A stretch of DNA of 64,000 nucleotides from an uncultured Actinomycetes bacterium. Lineage in GTDB: Bacteria; Actinomycetota; Actinomycetes; S36-B12; UBA10799. Location of the stretch: NCBI GenBank assembly GCA_964547485.1, contig CAZJNU010000004.1, positions 1,188 through 65,187 of the forward strand, in the 5' to 3' direction. The notes under the pieces were generated by a model. That model saw nothing but the letters and a program-made list of their open reading frames with translations. It ran no database searches and had not been told where the DNA came from. A program made the translations under genes and the position numbers. Shown here piece after piece: positions 46,576 to 55,568 of this stretch (the stretch's first letter is position 1; every line of letters starts with the position of its first letter).

Positions 46576-47565
46576 TCAGCCGCAGGCCGCGGTCACGTGT
46601 GGTTCGACCTCGGCTGCCGCGGCGTCGCCATAGGCCTCGCGGAACCGCAGGACGAAGTCTGCCGCGGAGATTTCATACTCCTGCGTCCCGACGGTTTCGA
46701 TGACGTAGGTGGCCAGCATTGAACCGAGCTGGGCGCACCGCTCAAGTGCGACGTCCCAGGCGAGGCCCGCCAGGAATCCCGCCCGGAAAGCGTCGCCAAC
46801 GCCAGTTGGATCGGCCAACCCCCGTTCGGCGGGAACACCCACCCGCGCCACTTCGCCGGCCGCCGCGGTTTCGACCTTGGCGCCATTCTTCCCGAGCGTG
46901 GTGACCCGCACCCCAACTCTGGCCAGCACTTCCGCTGCGGTCCAGCCGGTCTTCTGCTCGGTGAGGGCGGCTTCGTACTCATTGGTGAAGAGATAGGCGG
47001 CGCCATCGATCAGATCACGAATCTCAGGCCCGTCCATTCCAGCCAACTGCTGCGACGGGTCAGCGGCGAATGGAATCCCCCGCTCTCGGCACTCCGCGGT
47101 GTGGCGAAGCATCGCCTCCGGGTCGTTGGGACCCACCAACACCAGATCCAGGCCCCCGACCCGTTCCGCCACCGGGTAAATCTCGATACTGCGCGCCTCT
47201 GACATCGCCCCTGGGTAGAAGGACGCAATCTGGTTATGGGCCGAGTCGGTCGTGCACACGAACCTGGCGGTGTGCGCTATCTCAGATATGAGGACGGAGG
47301 TCGTGTCCACCCCGTGGCGGTCCAGCCACGACCGGTAGTCGGCAAAATCGGCCCCCACGGCGGCCAGAAGGATCGGGTCCGCGCCGAGGCTTCCCAATCC
47401 GAATGCGATGTTGGCGGCCACCCCTCCTCGACGTACCTGCAAGTCGTCCACGAGGAAGGACAAACTGATTGTGTGTAGTTGATCCGCCAGCAGCGAGTCG
47501 GTGAATTTACCTGGGAAGGTCATCAGATGGTCCGTGGCAACTGAGCCCGTGATGCAGATACGCAT
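46576..47565 (-). CDS. PfkB-family carbohydrate/nucleoside kinase (adenosine-kinase-like)
   Basis: 329 aa. N-terminal GSVATDHLM, the PfkB C-terminal motif DPTGVGDAFRAGFLAG, and a position equivalent to mycobacterial adoK. Confidence 0.85.
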   Translation of the reverse strand: MRICITGSVATDHLMTFPGKFTDSLLADQLHTISLSFLVDDLQVRRGGVAANIAFGLGSLGADPILLAAVGADFADYRSWLDRHGVDTTSVLISEIAHTARFVCTTDSAHNQIASFYPGAMSEARSIEIYPVAERVGGLDLVLVGPNDPEAMLRHTAECRERGIPFAADPSQQLAGMDGPEIRDLIDGAAYLFTNEYEAALTEQKTGWTAAEVLARVGVRVTTLGKNGAKVETAAAGEVARVGVPAERGLADPTGVGDAFRAGFLAGLAWDVALERCAQLGSMLATYVIETVGTQEYEISAADFVLRFREAYGDAAAAEVEPHVTAACG

Positions 47566-47667
47566 GAGCGTGATCCTGTCACCTTCGGTCTTCCCGGAGT
47601 TGCGCGCGGGTCACCCGGGCGTCGCCGCGAGGCTGGAATCTCGGGCAACGACTCGAGCGTGGGTAGC

Positions 47668-47937
47668 CTAGGCGGAGGCCCGGGAGTCGTCCACGAGATC
47701 GGTCCATGCCGAGCCCCGGCCATCATCGGGGAAGAATCTACGGTGCGTGGCCTCCGCGGTCTCGCGAGAGTCGGTCGATAACAGAACTACCTCGACGTCC
47801 GGATAGCTGCGGTAGCGATGCTCGGCATCTGAGTAGGCCTGCATCGCGGGTTCCGCATCGCGGAATTCCTGGTATTCGACCTGAGTTTGTCGACTGCGGC
47901 TGAACGCAACCAGGATGTGCAGCATTGAGCTAGTCAT
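47668..47937 (-). CDS. hypothetical 89-aa protein, candidate cognate antitoxin of the upstream RelA/SpoT synthetase
   Basis: ATG at 47937 overlaps the stop of the upstream gene (minus-strand ATGACTAG, 47937-47930). No recognisable domain. Composition is more A/T-rich than the flanks. Confidence 0.45.
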   Translation of the reverse strand: MTSSMLHILVAFSRSRQTQVEYQEFRDAEPAMQAYSDAEHRYRSYPDVEVVLLSTDSRETAEATHRRFFPDDGRGSAWTDLVDDSRASA

Positions 47938-48634
47938 CGTTCCTACCACCTCTCGCTTCCCACGATGGCAGATTGTCACGGACTCTGTAATAGCGTGTGC
48001 GCCATTCAAGACTAAGAGAACCGCCGGCCTCTTCGACCGCTATTCGCTCGGAAGTCATCACGAGAAAGTCGTGGAGCACCTGTTCCCCCGCGCCATCCTT
48101 GTAAGCCACGCCCGTTAGGTCCTCCAGCGCTTCGACCGCTTGCGCCCACCTATGTTGCCCACTTGTGCGGAGCTGCACCTCTATCAGCCGATCGGATCGC
48201 CTCACGATGAGGTGTAGGGCGCGGTACCCCGTCGACCGCGGAGTGTCCCGATAGTCGTCATCTGCGGCAACAGCCCAGGCGTCGTTGATGCGGGCGGCAA
48301 CAGCGTCAACTTCGCCAGACGAGGACACGACGACACGGCACCCGCCTATGTCCTGCATTTGGCTCAATCGCGTACTCACCCTGAGCAACTTCGATTCAAT
48401 TCGCGGCATGCGCTTGATTCGCTGAGTGACCCAAGGGTTCGCTATGCCTTCAGAGGCCAAGATCCATCTGAGCCCGCTGTTGACGGACACGGTGGGCCGA
48501 TGGAACGTGGACCGGTACTCCTCGGCTATTGCGCGCGCCGCCTCATACTCAGCGCCGGTCACGTCGGTTGGATTCCGCGCCATCTTCCGAAGCGCGGCGC
48601 CTGCCTTGTCTATTGCAGTCCTGCTCGGCGCCAT
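47930..48634 (-). CDS. small RelA/SpoT-homologue synthetase-only protein (SAS, possible toxSAS)
   Basis: 234 aa from the ATG at 48634. Synthetase motifs RIKRMPRIESKL, DIGGCRVVV, GYRALHLIV and EVQLRTSGQHRWA are present. No HD hydrolase, TGS or ACT domains. The longer 333-aa ORF would overlap erpA and is rejected. Confidence 0.8.
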   Translation of the reverse strand: MAPSRTAIDKAGAALRKMARNPTDVTGAEYEAARAIAEEYRSTFHRPTVSVNSGLRWILASEGIANPWVTQRIKRMPRIESKLLRVSTRLSQMQDIGGCRVVVSSSGEVDAVAARINDAWAVAADDDYRDTPRSTGYRALHLIVRRSDRLIEVQLRTSGQHRWAQAVEALEDLTGVAYKDGAGEQVLHDFLVMTSERIAVEEAGGSLSLEWRTRYYRVRDNLPSWEARGGRNDD

Positions 48635-48711
48635 TTCTCTAGTGTGCGCCAGCCGAGTCGACACGTGCTCCGAATCGTGCACCGAACCCGGGACGCCAGT
48701 GGAGTTGGAAG

Positions 48712-49095
48712 CTAGTGGAAGGAGTCTCCACAGGCACACGAGCCGGTCGCATTGGGGTTGTCGATTGTGAAGCCTTGCTTCTCGATCGAGTCCACAAAGT
48801 CGATGGTGGCGCCGCCCAGGTAGGGAGCGCTCATCCGATCGGTCACGACGCTGACTCCGTCGAAGTCCTTCGCAACGTCTCCGTCGAGGGAACGGTCGTC
48901 GAAAAACAGTTGGTATCTCAATCCGGAACACCCACCGGGCTGCACCGCCACGCGGAGCGCCAAGTCATCCCGGCCCTCTTGCTCAAGCAGCGTCTTGACC
49001 TTGTCAGCTGCGGTCTCGGTCAACAGGATGCCGTCGATCGCGGCGGTGTCGCTGGCGACACCCTCTGTCGTGGCGCTATCTGTCGTCACTGCCAT
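48712..49095 (-). CDS. erpA: HesB/IscA-family iron-sulfur cluster insertion protein
   Basis: 127 aa. GGCSGLRYQLFFDD and the C-terminal GSCACGDSFH cysteine motif. Confidence 0.85.
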   Translation of the reverse strand: MAVTTDSATTEGVASDTAAIDGILLTETAADKVKTLLEQEGRDDLALRVAVQPGGCSGLRYQLFFDDRSLDGDVAKDFDGVSVVTDRMSAPYLGGATIDFVDSIEKQGFTIDNPNATGSCACGDSFH

Positions 49096-49189
49096 CTCCT
49101 TGGGTGGATGTTCGGGTCCATCACCTGAGTCGAACCCTAAGGGCAGCCTAACTTATTCCTTTCGGACGGCCGCTTCGCAGGAGGACCGA

Positions 49190-50299
49190 TCAGCGTGACC
49201 AGGTGCGGGCCACTCGCTCGCCGGTGTCGGCAAGCGTGCCAGCCGGGTCAGCCATCGAGGCAGCGATGGAACCGGCGAGGTCGGATACCGAGTAGGCGGC
49301 GGCGACGCCGATTGCCGAGTATTCCCGGCGACCCACGGCCACCTCGCCGGCGATCACCACACACGGCAGGGCATGATCCAGCGCGACCGCGGCAACTCCA
49401 CTCACTACCTTCCCCCGGAGCGACTGCCAGTCGAATCGACCCTCCCCCGTGATCACAAGGTCGGCCGCCGCCAGCATCGGCTCGAGTCCCACGATTCCCA
49501 TAACGGTCGCGATACCGGGGGCACGGGTCGCTCCCAGATGCCCCAACGCGAAGCCGATGCCGCCGGCCGCACCTGCGCCGGCAGCCAGCGCGGGACTCTT
49601 GCCATTCTCATCCCGGCCACACAGCTCCGAGAAGTTCTGGAGCGCCTCTTCGAGTAGCGACACCTGCTCGTCGGATGCACCCTTCTGCGGCCCGAACCCC
49701 TTGGTGGCACCTCTGACTCCCAGCAGGGGGCTGTCCACATCGCTCGCAGCCACGATCTCAACTCCCCGCAAAGCCTCTCGCGCCGGTCGCAAATCGACTT
49801 CGGTGAGCCTTCGGAGGGGGCGTCCGCCCGAATCGAGAGGTCCATCGGCGGTGGCCCCGAGCGCCGCCAACATCCCCGCGCCGGCGTCGTTGGTGCCAGT
49901 GCCGCCCAAACCGATGACCATTCTGCGGGCCCCGGCGTCACGCGCGGCGAGCATCAACTCCCCCAGCCCGTAGGAAGACGTGTGTTCCGGGTTGCGGTCA
50001 AGCTCCGGCACGAGTTGCAGTCCGCAGGCCTGGGCTGCCTCCAAGTAGGCCGTCTCGCCAGACATGACGTACTTCGCGTCGACCTCCTCGCCCATCGGTC
50101 CGACGACGGATACTTCGATCGTCTGAGCAGCTAGGCTCGCCGCGATCGCGTCGACGAACCCCGGGCCGCCGTCGGCCAGGGCGCAGCACACGAGGTCATC
50201 CGCGGGCGCCTGTCGGGCCCAACCGTCGGCAATCGCCCGAGCTGCGGCTGCTGCCGAGAGAGTTCCACCGAATGAGTCAGGAGCAATGATCACGCGCAC
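49190..50299 (-). CDS. glxK: glycerate kinase
   Basis: N-terminal VRVIIAPDSFGGTLSA (GTG at 50299) and C-terminal VITGEGRFDWQSLRGK motifs. Confidence 0.85.
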   Translation of the reverse strand: MRVIIAPDSFGGTLSAAAAARAIADGWARQAPADDLVCCALADGGPGFVDAIAASLAAQTIEVSVVGPMGEEVDAKYVMSGETAYLEAAQACGLQLVPELDRNPEHTSSYGLGELMLAARDAGARRMVIGLGGTGTNDAGAGMLAALGATADGPLDSGGRPLRRLTEVDLRPAREALRGVEIVAASDVDSPLLGVRGATKGFGPQKGASDEQVSLLEEALQNFSELCGRDENGKSPALAAGAGAAGGIGFALGHLGATRAPGIATVMGIVGLEPMLAAADLVITGEGRFDWQSLRGKVVSGVAAVALDHALPCVVIAGEVAVGRREYSAIGVAAAYSVSDLAGSIAASMADPAGTLADTGERVARTWSR

Positions 50300-50319
50300 A
50301 GCACGGGAGACTACCGCTG

Positions 50320-51540
50320 ATGGCGTGCCAGACTGTCCCCATGGCGAATCAGCCCACGAGCGACACCTTCGAACCGACACCCTCGCCCTTGGCTCTACTG
50401 CTGCTGGGTCAGGACTCGGACATGCTCAGCGAGCGCGGCGTTGACTGTCCCGGCACCCTGCCTGAACCCAGCGATCCGGACTTAGCTGCCCGTGCCGCTC
50501 GAGCCCGAGCGGAGCTCGGCGACCGAGCGTTCATCCTCGGTCACCACTATCAGCGAGACGAGATCATCGCACTGGCCGATGTCACCGGAGACTCCTTCAA
50601 ATTGGCGAAGGAGGCGGCCGCGCGACCCGACAGCGAGTTCATCATCTTTGCCGGCGTTCACTTCATGGCCGAGAGCGCGGACATTCTGACATCAGCTCAG
50701 CAGAAGGTCGTGCTGCCGGACCTCGCCGCTGGCTGCTCGATGGCCGACATGGCCGGGATCGAGGCGGTCGAGGCCTGCTGGGCACTGCTGACCGAACAGG
50801 GACTCGCCGAGGACACCATCCCGGTCACCTATATGAACTCCTCGGCCGCCATCAAGGCCTTCACCGGTCGCCACGGGGGAACGGTCTGCACGTCCAGCAA
50901 TGCGAAAGCGTCACTGGAGTGGGCCTTCAGCCAAGGCGAGCGGGTGCTCTTCCTGCCCGACCAGCATCTTGGCCGCAACACGGCGGTCCTCGATCTCGGC
51001 CTGTCGCTGGCGGATTGCGCCGTCTACAACCCGCACCAGCCCAGCGGTGGGCTCAGCCAGGCCCAGCTTCGACATTCGAAGATGCTGCTGTGGCGCGGTC
51101 ATTGCTCGGTGCACGGCCGCTTCAGCGCCGACAGCGTGGCTGACGTGCGCGAACGCCTCCCCGGCGTCAACGTTCTCGTCCACCCGGAGTGCCGCCACGA
51201 GGTGGTCAACGCCGCGGATTTCGTGGGTTCGACCGAGTTCATCATCCGGAAGCTGGAGTCGGCCGATCCGGGCTCCGCCTGGGCGATCGGCACCGAACTC
51301 AACCTGGTCCGACGGCTGGCCAAATCGCACCCCGACAAGAAGGTTGTGTTCCTCGATCGGACGGTCTGCTACTGCTCGACCATGAACCGGATCGACCTGC
51401 CCCATTTGGTGTGGACGTTGGAGAACCTGGCCGCGGGCCGGATCGTCAACCAGATCACGGTGGCCCCCGATGACGCCCATTACGCCCGGCTGGCGCTCGA
51501 CCAGATGCTTGCGCTGCCCGGCATAGGCTCGATCGGATAG
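50320..51540 (+). CDS. nadA: quinolinate synthase
   Basis: 406 aa. GVHFMAESADIL, CSMADM and VHPEC motifs plus the Fe-S cysteines. The N-terminal start is uncertain (alternative at 50341). Confidence 0.9.
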   Translation: MACQTVPMANQPTSDTFEPTPSPLALLLLGQDSDMLSERGVDCPGTLPEPSDPDLAARAARARAELGDRAFILGHHYQRDEIIALADVTGDSFKLAKEAAARPDSEFIIFAGVHFMAESADILTSAQQKVVLPDLAAGCSMADMAGIEAVEACWALLTEQGLAEDTIPVTYMNSSAAIKAFTGRHGGTVCTSSNAKASLEWAFSQGERVLFLPDQHLGRNTAVLDLGLSLADCAVYNPHQPSGGLSQAQLRHSKMLLWRGHCSVHGRFSADSVADVRERLPGVNVLVHPECRHEVVNAADFVGSTEFIIRKLESADPGSAWAIGTELNLVRRLAKSHPDKKVVFLDRTVCYCSTMNRIDLPHLVWTLENLAAGRIVNQITVAPDDAHYARLALDQMLALPGIGSIG

Positions 51541-51564
51541 TTCCGCTGCCTTCTGGCACAGAGG

Positions 51565-52287
51565 GTGATAGCAATAGCCGTGCCAATCGCAGAGTTCGAC
51601 GCAGAGGGAGAACCCGTTCCGGAGCCGGGGGACACCGCCCGGATGACGTTCTTCAGCGACGCCGTGGTGGCCTTCTCCCTCACCCTGCTGATGCTGCCCG
51701 TCGCCGACTACGTCAGGGAAGCCCCCGGAAAGACCTGGGGACAACTCTTCCTGGACAACCCGGAGATCGTGGAGTCGCTGGCCAGCTTCGTGATCGTGGT
51801 GGTCTGCTGGCGGTACCACCATTTGTTGTTCGAGCGAATTCGCGACTACGACCGGTTGACCCTGTGGCTGAATTTCGTGTGGCTGTTCCTCGTCATCTCT
51901 ATCCCGATCAATACGCTCGCCATCCTGCCGGTGGACGAGAAGTTGCCCAGCCCCGACCGCATCTTTCTCGACACCTTCTTCTTCCGAGGTCGCGAAGACA
52001 TCCCGAGCGTCAACTATGCCGTTCTCTGGGGCTGCATCGCGTTGTCGTTCCTGATGCTGACACTGATCGCCCGGAACGCTTTGCCACCTCACCGGCACTT
52101 GGCCAAGTCAGAACCCGAGCGGCAACTGGATCCGAACATGTACTTCCGGATCTTCCTCATCTGCGCCGTCACCGCCGCAGTCAGTCTCGTCTCCCCATTC
52201 GCCGGCGACATCGTGCTCTACCTGGGCATCATCATCAACGTGATCGTGAGCCGACGCCTTCGCGGGCCCCAGGCTCAGCCGAGTTAG
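51565..52287 (+). CDS. TMEM175-family (DUF1211) potassium-channel-like membrane protein
   Basis: The signature RMTFFSDAVVAFSLTLL lies in the first helix. Six predicted TM segments. Confidence 0.75.
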   Translation: MIAIAVPIAEFDAEGEPVPEPGDTARMTFFSDAVVAFSLTLLMLPVADYVREAPGKTWGQLFLDNPEIVESLASFVIVVVCWRYHHLLFERIRDYDRLTLWLNFVWLFLVISIPINTLAILPVDEKLPSPDRIFLDTFFFRGREDIPSVNYAVLWGCIALSFLMLTLIARNALPPHRHLAKSEPERQLDPNMYFRIFLICAVTAAVSLVSPFAGDIVLYLGIIINVIVSRRLRGPQAQPS

Positions 52288-52868
52288 TCGGAGTCCAGAC
52301 CGGGGGCGCCCCAGAGTGCGAACCATCGGGTCAGATCACGCTCGACTGCGACGTCGTCGATGATCAGATCCCGCACCTTCAACTCGGTGATGTTGTCGCG
52401 GCGGTGCGTACCGGCGTCCGGGTCGGGCACAAACGGATAGAAAGTGCCCTGCTTGAACAGATAGACGAGGGCCAGTCGCTGCCCTCGAGGCCCGAGGAAT
52501 CCGACCACGGTGCACAACAGTGAGGGGCCGAAGCCGGTGTCCTGCAGAGTGGAGTTCACTGCGTGCAGTCCGGTCACGAGCGTCGGGACGTCGGGCGGAT
52601 CGGTGCGAACCGTGAGCCAGGTGTAGCCGAATTCGTCCTTGCTGATACCGATCGGCGGGCCACCACCAGCCGCGAGCAGCTCGGTCACCTCCTGCTGGAC
52701 CTCTGCAAACGCCCGACCTTCAGCCGGCCGAAATGCCACCGCCCCCGACCCGCTCGCCTCGAAACCGGCGACCGCCAGAGCGATTGCTGCGCTGGGCAAT
52801 CCGAACAGGTTGTCCAGATCGGGCCGCACCGGCCGACTGCGTCCCATGATCGAGTCGAAGATGCCCAC
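52284..52868 (-). CDS. conserved hypothetical protein downstream of pspA-htpX
   Basis: 194-aa soluble ORF, 44 nt downstream of htpX on the same strand. No motif recognised. It may be a Psp-associated partner protein. Confidence 0.5.
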   Translation of the reverse strand: MGIFDSIMGRSRPVRPDLDNLFGLPSAAIALAVAGFEASGSGAVAFRPAEGRAFAEVQQEVTELLAAGGGPPIGISKDEFGYTWLTVRTDPPDVPTLVTGLHAVNSTLQDTGFGPSLLCTVVGFLGPRGQRLALVYLFKQGTFYPFVPDPDAGTHRRDNITELKVRDLIIDDVAVERDLTRWFALWGAPGLDSD

Positions 52869-52912
52869 GACAACTCAGCCTAACCCGGCGACACGGCGCC
52901 GCAGACCCGGGT

Positions 52913-53857
52913 TCATCGCTCCAGGTCCGCAGAGATCCTCGCCAAATTCTCCAACCGCTGCTGCAGCGGCGGGTGGGTGGCGAACAGGTTCGCGAGGGAG
53001 TTGCCCGACGAGAGTGCCGGTGCGAAGAAGAAGGCATTCAGCGCCTGCCGTTCGCGAAGATCCTGCGACGGGATGGCCGCAATCTCACCGCTCACCTTGG
53101 TCAATGCCGAGGCGAGGGCCGAGGGCCGACCGGTGAGCAGCGCGCCGGCACGGTCAGCGGCAAGCTCTCGGTACCGGGACAGCATCCGGGTCAGCACGAA
53201 ACTCACCGCATACACGAGCACTGACACCAGCAGCACCGCAACCACGATGACGGCGGCGTTCTGGTCTCGGTCGCGGGCGCGCCCGAGCCCGCCCCAAAGC
53301 GCCATCCTGGTGATGAAACCGGCCACCACTCCGGCCACTGACGCCACTGTCATCACCAGCACGTCGCGATGGGCCACGTGGGACAACTCGTGACTGAGCA
53401 CCCCCTCGACTTCCTCCACGTCGAGGCGGCGAAGCAGTCCGGTTGTCACGCACACGACAGCGCGGTTGGGGCTGCGTCCGGTGGCGAAGGCGTTTGGCAT
53501 GTCGGTATCAGCAATCGCCACCCGAGGTTTGGGCATGTCCGCCAGCGAGCAGAGGCGGTCGATCACCTCGTGCAGTTGCGGGGCCTGCTCGGCGGTCACC
53601 TCCCGGGCTGCCATCGAGTACAGCGCGATCCGGTCTGAGAAGTACCACTGCGCCAGCAGTGCCCCGGAGGCGATGACGAGGGCGAAGAACCAACCGATTC
53701 CGAGCGCCAGCAGCAGACCGATCACGACCACGTACAACAAGCCCAGCAGGAACATTGTGACGCCCATCCGCCACGCGAGACCCCGATCTCGGGTGTACCG
53801 GCTGTGTGTCATCTCGGGACGGCTAACCGTCGCGGCCGGGCCGACTATTCCGGGCAC
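52913..53857 (-). CDS. htpX: M48-family zinc metalloprotease HtpX
   Basis: HELSHVAHRD (HExxH), four TM helices and a C-terminal FATHPPLQQRL motif. Confidence 0.9.
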   Translation of the reverse strand: MPGIVGPAATVSRPEMTHSRYTRDRGLAWRMGVTMFLLGLLYVVVIGLLLALGIGWFFALVIASGALLAQWYFSDRIALYSMAAREVTAEQAPQLHEVIDRLCSLADMPKPRVAIADTDMPNAFATGRSPNRAVVCVTTGLLRRLDVEEVEGVLSHELSHVAHRDVLVMTVASVAGVVAGFITRMALWGGLGRARDRDQNAAVIVVAVLLVSVLVYAVSFVLTRMLSRYRELAADRAGALLTGRPSALASALTKVSGEIAAIPSQDLRERQALNAFFFAPALSSGNSLANLFATHPPLQQRLENLARISADLER

Positions 53858-53877
53858 ACCACCCTGGGCCGGGTGGT

Positions 53878-54720
53878 TTAGTCGGCTTTCGGCTTGTCGG
53901 CTTTCTCGCTGTCGCTGCCGGTCGCCTCAGTGGCGGAGGTCACCTGCGGGGTCGCGGCAGAGGTCGGGGCGGGCGCCTCGACTGCCGGTGTTGCGGCAGC
54001 CGCGACCGCGGGCGCGGCCGGACCAGCAATCTCTGCCTTCAACCGGGACAGCGAATCCTCCACCTCGGAGGCACTCGACATCCGCTCCAACTCGGCGGTG
54101 AGACTGTCTTTGGAGGTGCCGGTCGCGTCCACCAGCGCACCAGAGGCCAGCAACTCATCGATGGCGCCGGCCCTAGCAGTCATCTGCTGGGTCTTGTCCT
54201 CCGCCCGCTGGACGGCCAAACCGACATCGCCCAGTTCCGAGGAGATACCGGAAACAGCCTCGTTGATCTTGGTCTGGGCCTCCGCGGCCGAATAGGTCGC
54301 CTTGATGGTCTCCTTCTTGGTGCGGAATGCCTCCACCCGCGCCTGCAACTGACCGGCGGCCTGAGTGAGCTTCTCCTCCTGGTCCTGCAACTGCGCCAGT
54401 TGCACCCGCAGGTCGTCGATCTGGGTACTCAGCCCAGAACGTCGCGTGAGCGCCTCCCGCGCCAGATCCTCGCGGCCCTGGCTCAGCGCCGCCCGCGCCT
54501 GACTCTCGAGCTTGCTCGCCTGCTGCTCCAACTGCGTGATCTGCAACTCCAGTCGCTTGCGAGAGGTGGCGACGTCGGCAACACCGCGGCGCACCTTCTG
54601 AAGCAACTCCAGTTGTTTCTCGTAGCTGTAGTCCAAGGTCTGCCTGGGATCCTCGGCGCGGTCCAGCGCCTTGTTGGCCTTGGAACTGAAGATCAACTTG
54701 AAGCGCTGCCACAAACCCAT
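53878..54720 (-). CDS. pspA: PspA/IM30-family membrane-stress protein
   Basis: ATG at 54720 gives MGLWQRFKLIFSSKANKALDRAEDP, a typical PspA N-terminus, followed by a long coiled coil. The upstream extension to 54864 is rejected. Confidence 0.85.
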   Translation of the reverse strand: MGLWQRFKLIFSSKANKALDRAEDPRQTLDYSYEKQLELLQKVRRGVADVATSRKRLELQITQLEQQASKLESQARAALSQGREDLAREALTRRSGLSTQIDDLRVQLAQLQDQEEKLTQAAGQLQARVEAFRTKKETIKATYSAAEAQTKINEAVSGISSELGDVGLAVQRAEDKTQQMTARAGAIDELLASGALVDATGTSKDSLTAELERMSSASEVEDSLSRLKAEIAGPAAPAVAAAATPAVEAPAPTSAATPQVTSATEATGSDSEKADKPKAD

Positions 54721-54857
54721 CGAGAGCAGACCTTTCCTGGGGGGGTACCGGCACGCCGGCGGAGGTTCGGCGAATATCCGGGTCTGACGGTGTCGCGACA
54801 AGCCTAGGCCACCGGCACCCGGCACGGTGCGGGCACCGGACGATCCGGCGCGCGGGC

Positions 54858-55508
54858 ATGGCACCTACCGGCGTCGCCGGGATCAACGCGTACCCTGGGC
54901 AGGTGTTCCGTCGCTCCCAGCCAGACCCAGTCCAGGATCCCGAGACCGTCGACGTCGACCCGATGCAGGCCAGCAAGGGTCGGCCGACGCCAACGCGGAA
55001 AGAGGCAGAGGCCGCGCGAAAGCAGTCACTGAAGGTCCCCAGCGACCCGAAGGCCGCCAAACGCGCCCTGCGTGACCGGGAACGCCAGGAGCGCGCACTT
55101 CAGCGGGAAGCCCTGATGCGCGGCGACGAGCGCGCCCTGCCGGCCCGCGACCGGGGCCCGGGCAAGGCGTTTGTCCGCCGGTGGGTCGACAGTCGACGGC
55201 TGCTCTCCGAATACTTCATCTTCATCGCGCTGGCTGTGCTCGCGCTGAGCTTCATCCCAAGCAAGGTCACCCAGGTCCTGGTGTTCTACGGCTGGGTCGT
55301 GATGCTGGCGATCCTGGTCGGCGAGACCGGCTTCGTGGTGTTCCGGGTCAGGCGGGCGTTGGCCAAGGAGTTCCCCAACCCCGAGGATCGAAAGGGCTGC
55401 CTGCTCTACACGGTCATGCGGGCCATCCAGATCCGACGCCTCCGACTTCCACCGCCGCAGGTCCGACCCGGCGGCAAACCAGTCAAGCCCAAGGCTGGGA
55501 AGAACTAG
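54858..55508 (+). CDS. DUF3043-like membrane protein
   Basis: Basic N-terminal region (KGRPTPTRKEAEAARK), two TM helices and a basic tail. Alternative GTG start at 54903. Confidence 0.65.
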   Translation: MAPTGVAGINAYPGQVFRRSQPDPVQDPETVDVDPMQASKGRPTPTRKEAEAARKQSLKVPSDPKAAKRALRDRERQERALQREALMRGDERALPARDRGPGKAFVRRWVDSRRLLSEYFIFIALAVLALSFIPSKVTQVLVFYGWVVMLAILVGETGFVVFRVRRALAKEFPNPEDRKGCLLYTVMRAIQIRRLRLPPPQVRPGGKPVKPKAGKN

Positions 55509-55568
55509 CAACGGAGGCCCTATCCGCCACGGTCGCGGCCGCCACCGAATCGGCCTAGAGTCCCACCT

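Noticed and set aside
48635-48931. N-terminal 99 codons of the 333-aa ORF containing the RelA/SpoT domain
   Set aside because: They would overlap erpA (48712-49095) in another frame and are Arg-rich junk. The synthetase fold is complete from the ATG at 48634.
50911-52098. 395-aa ORF on the - strand. The similar long antisense ORFs at 55026-56174 and 57566-58888 are rejected for the same reason.
   Set aside because: All lie opposite motif-supported genes (nadA/TMEM175, the aldo-keto reductase, EcfT/EcfA) and have shadow-ORF composition.
54721-54864. Upstream extension of pspA (the 328-aa version)
   Set aside because: The canonical PspA N-terminus MGLWQRFK starts at the ATG at 54720. The extension is low-complexity and would overlap the divergent DUF3043 gene start.
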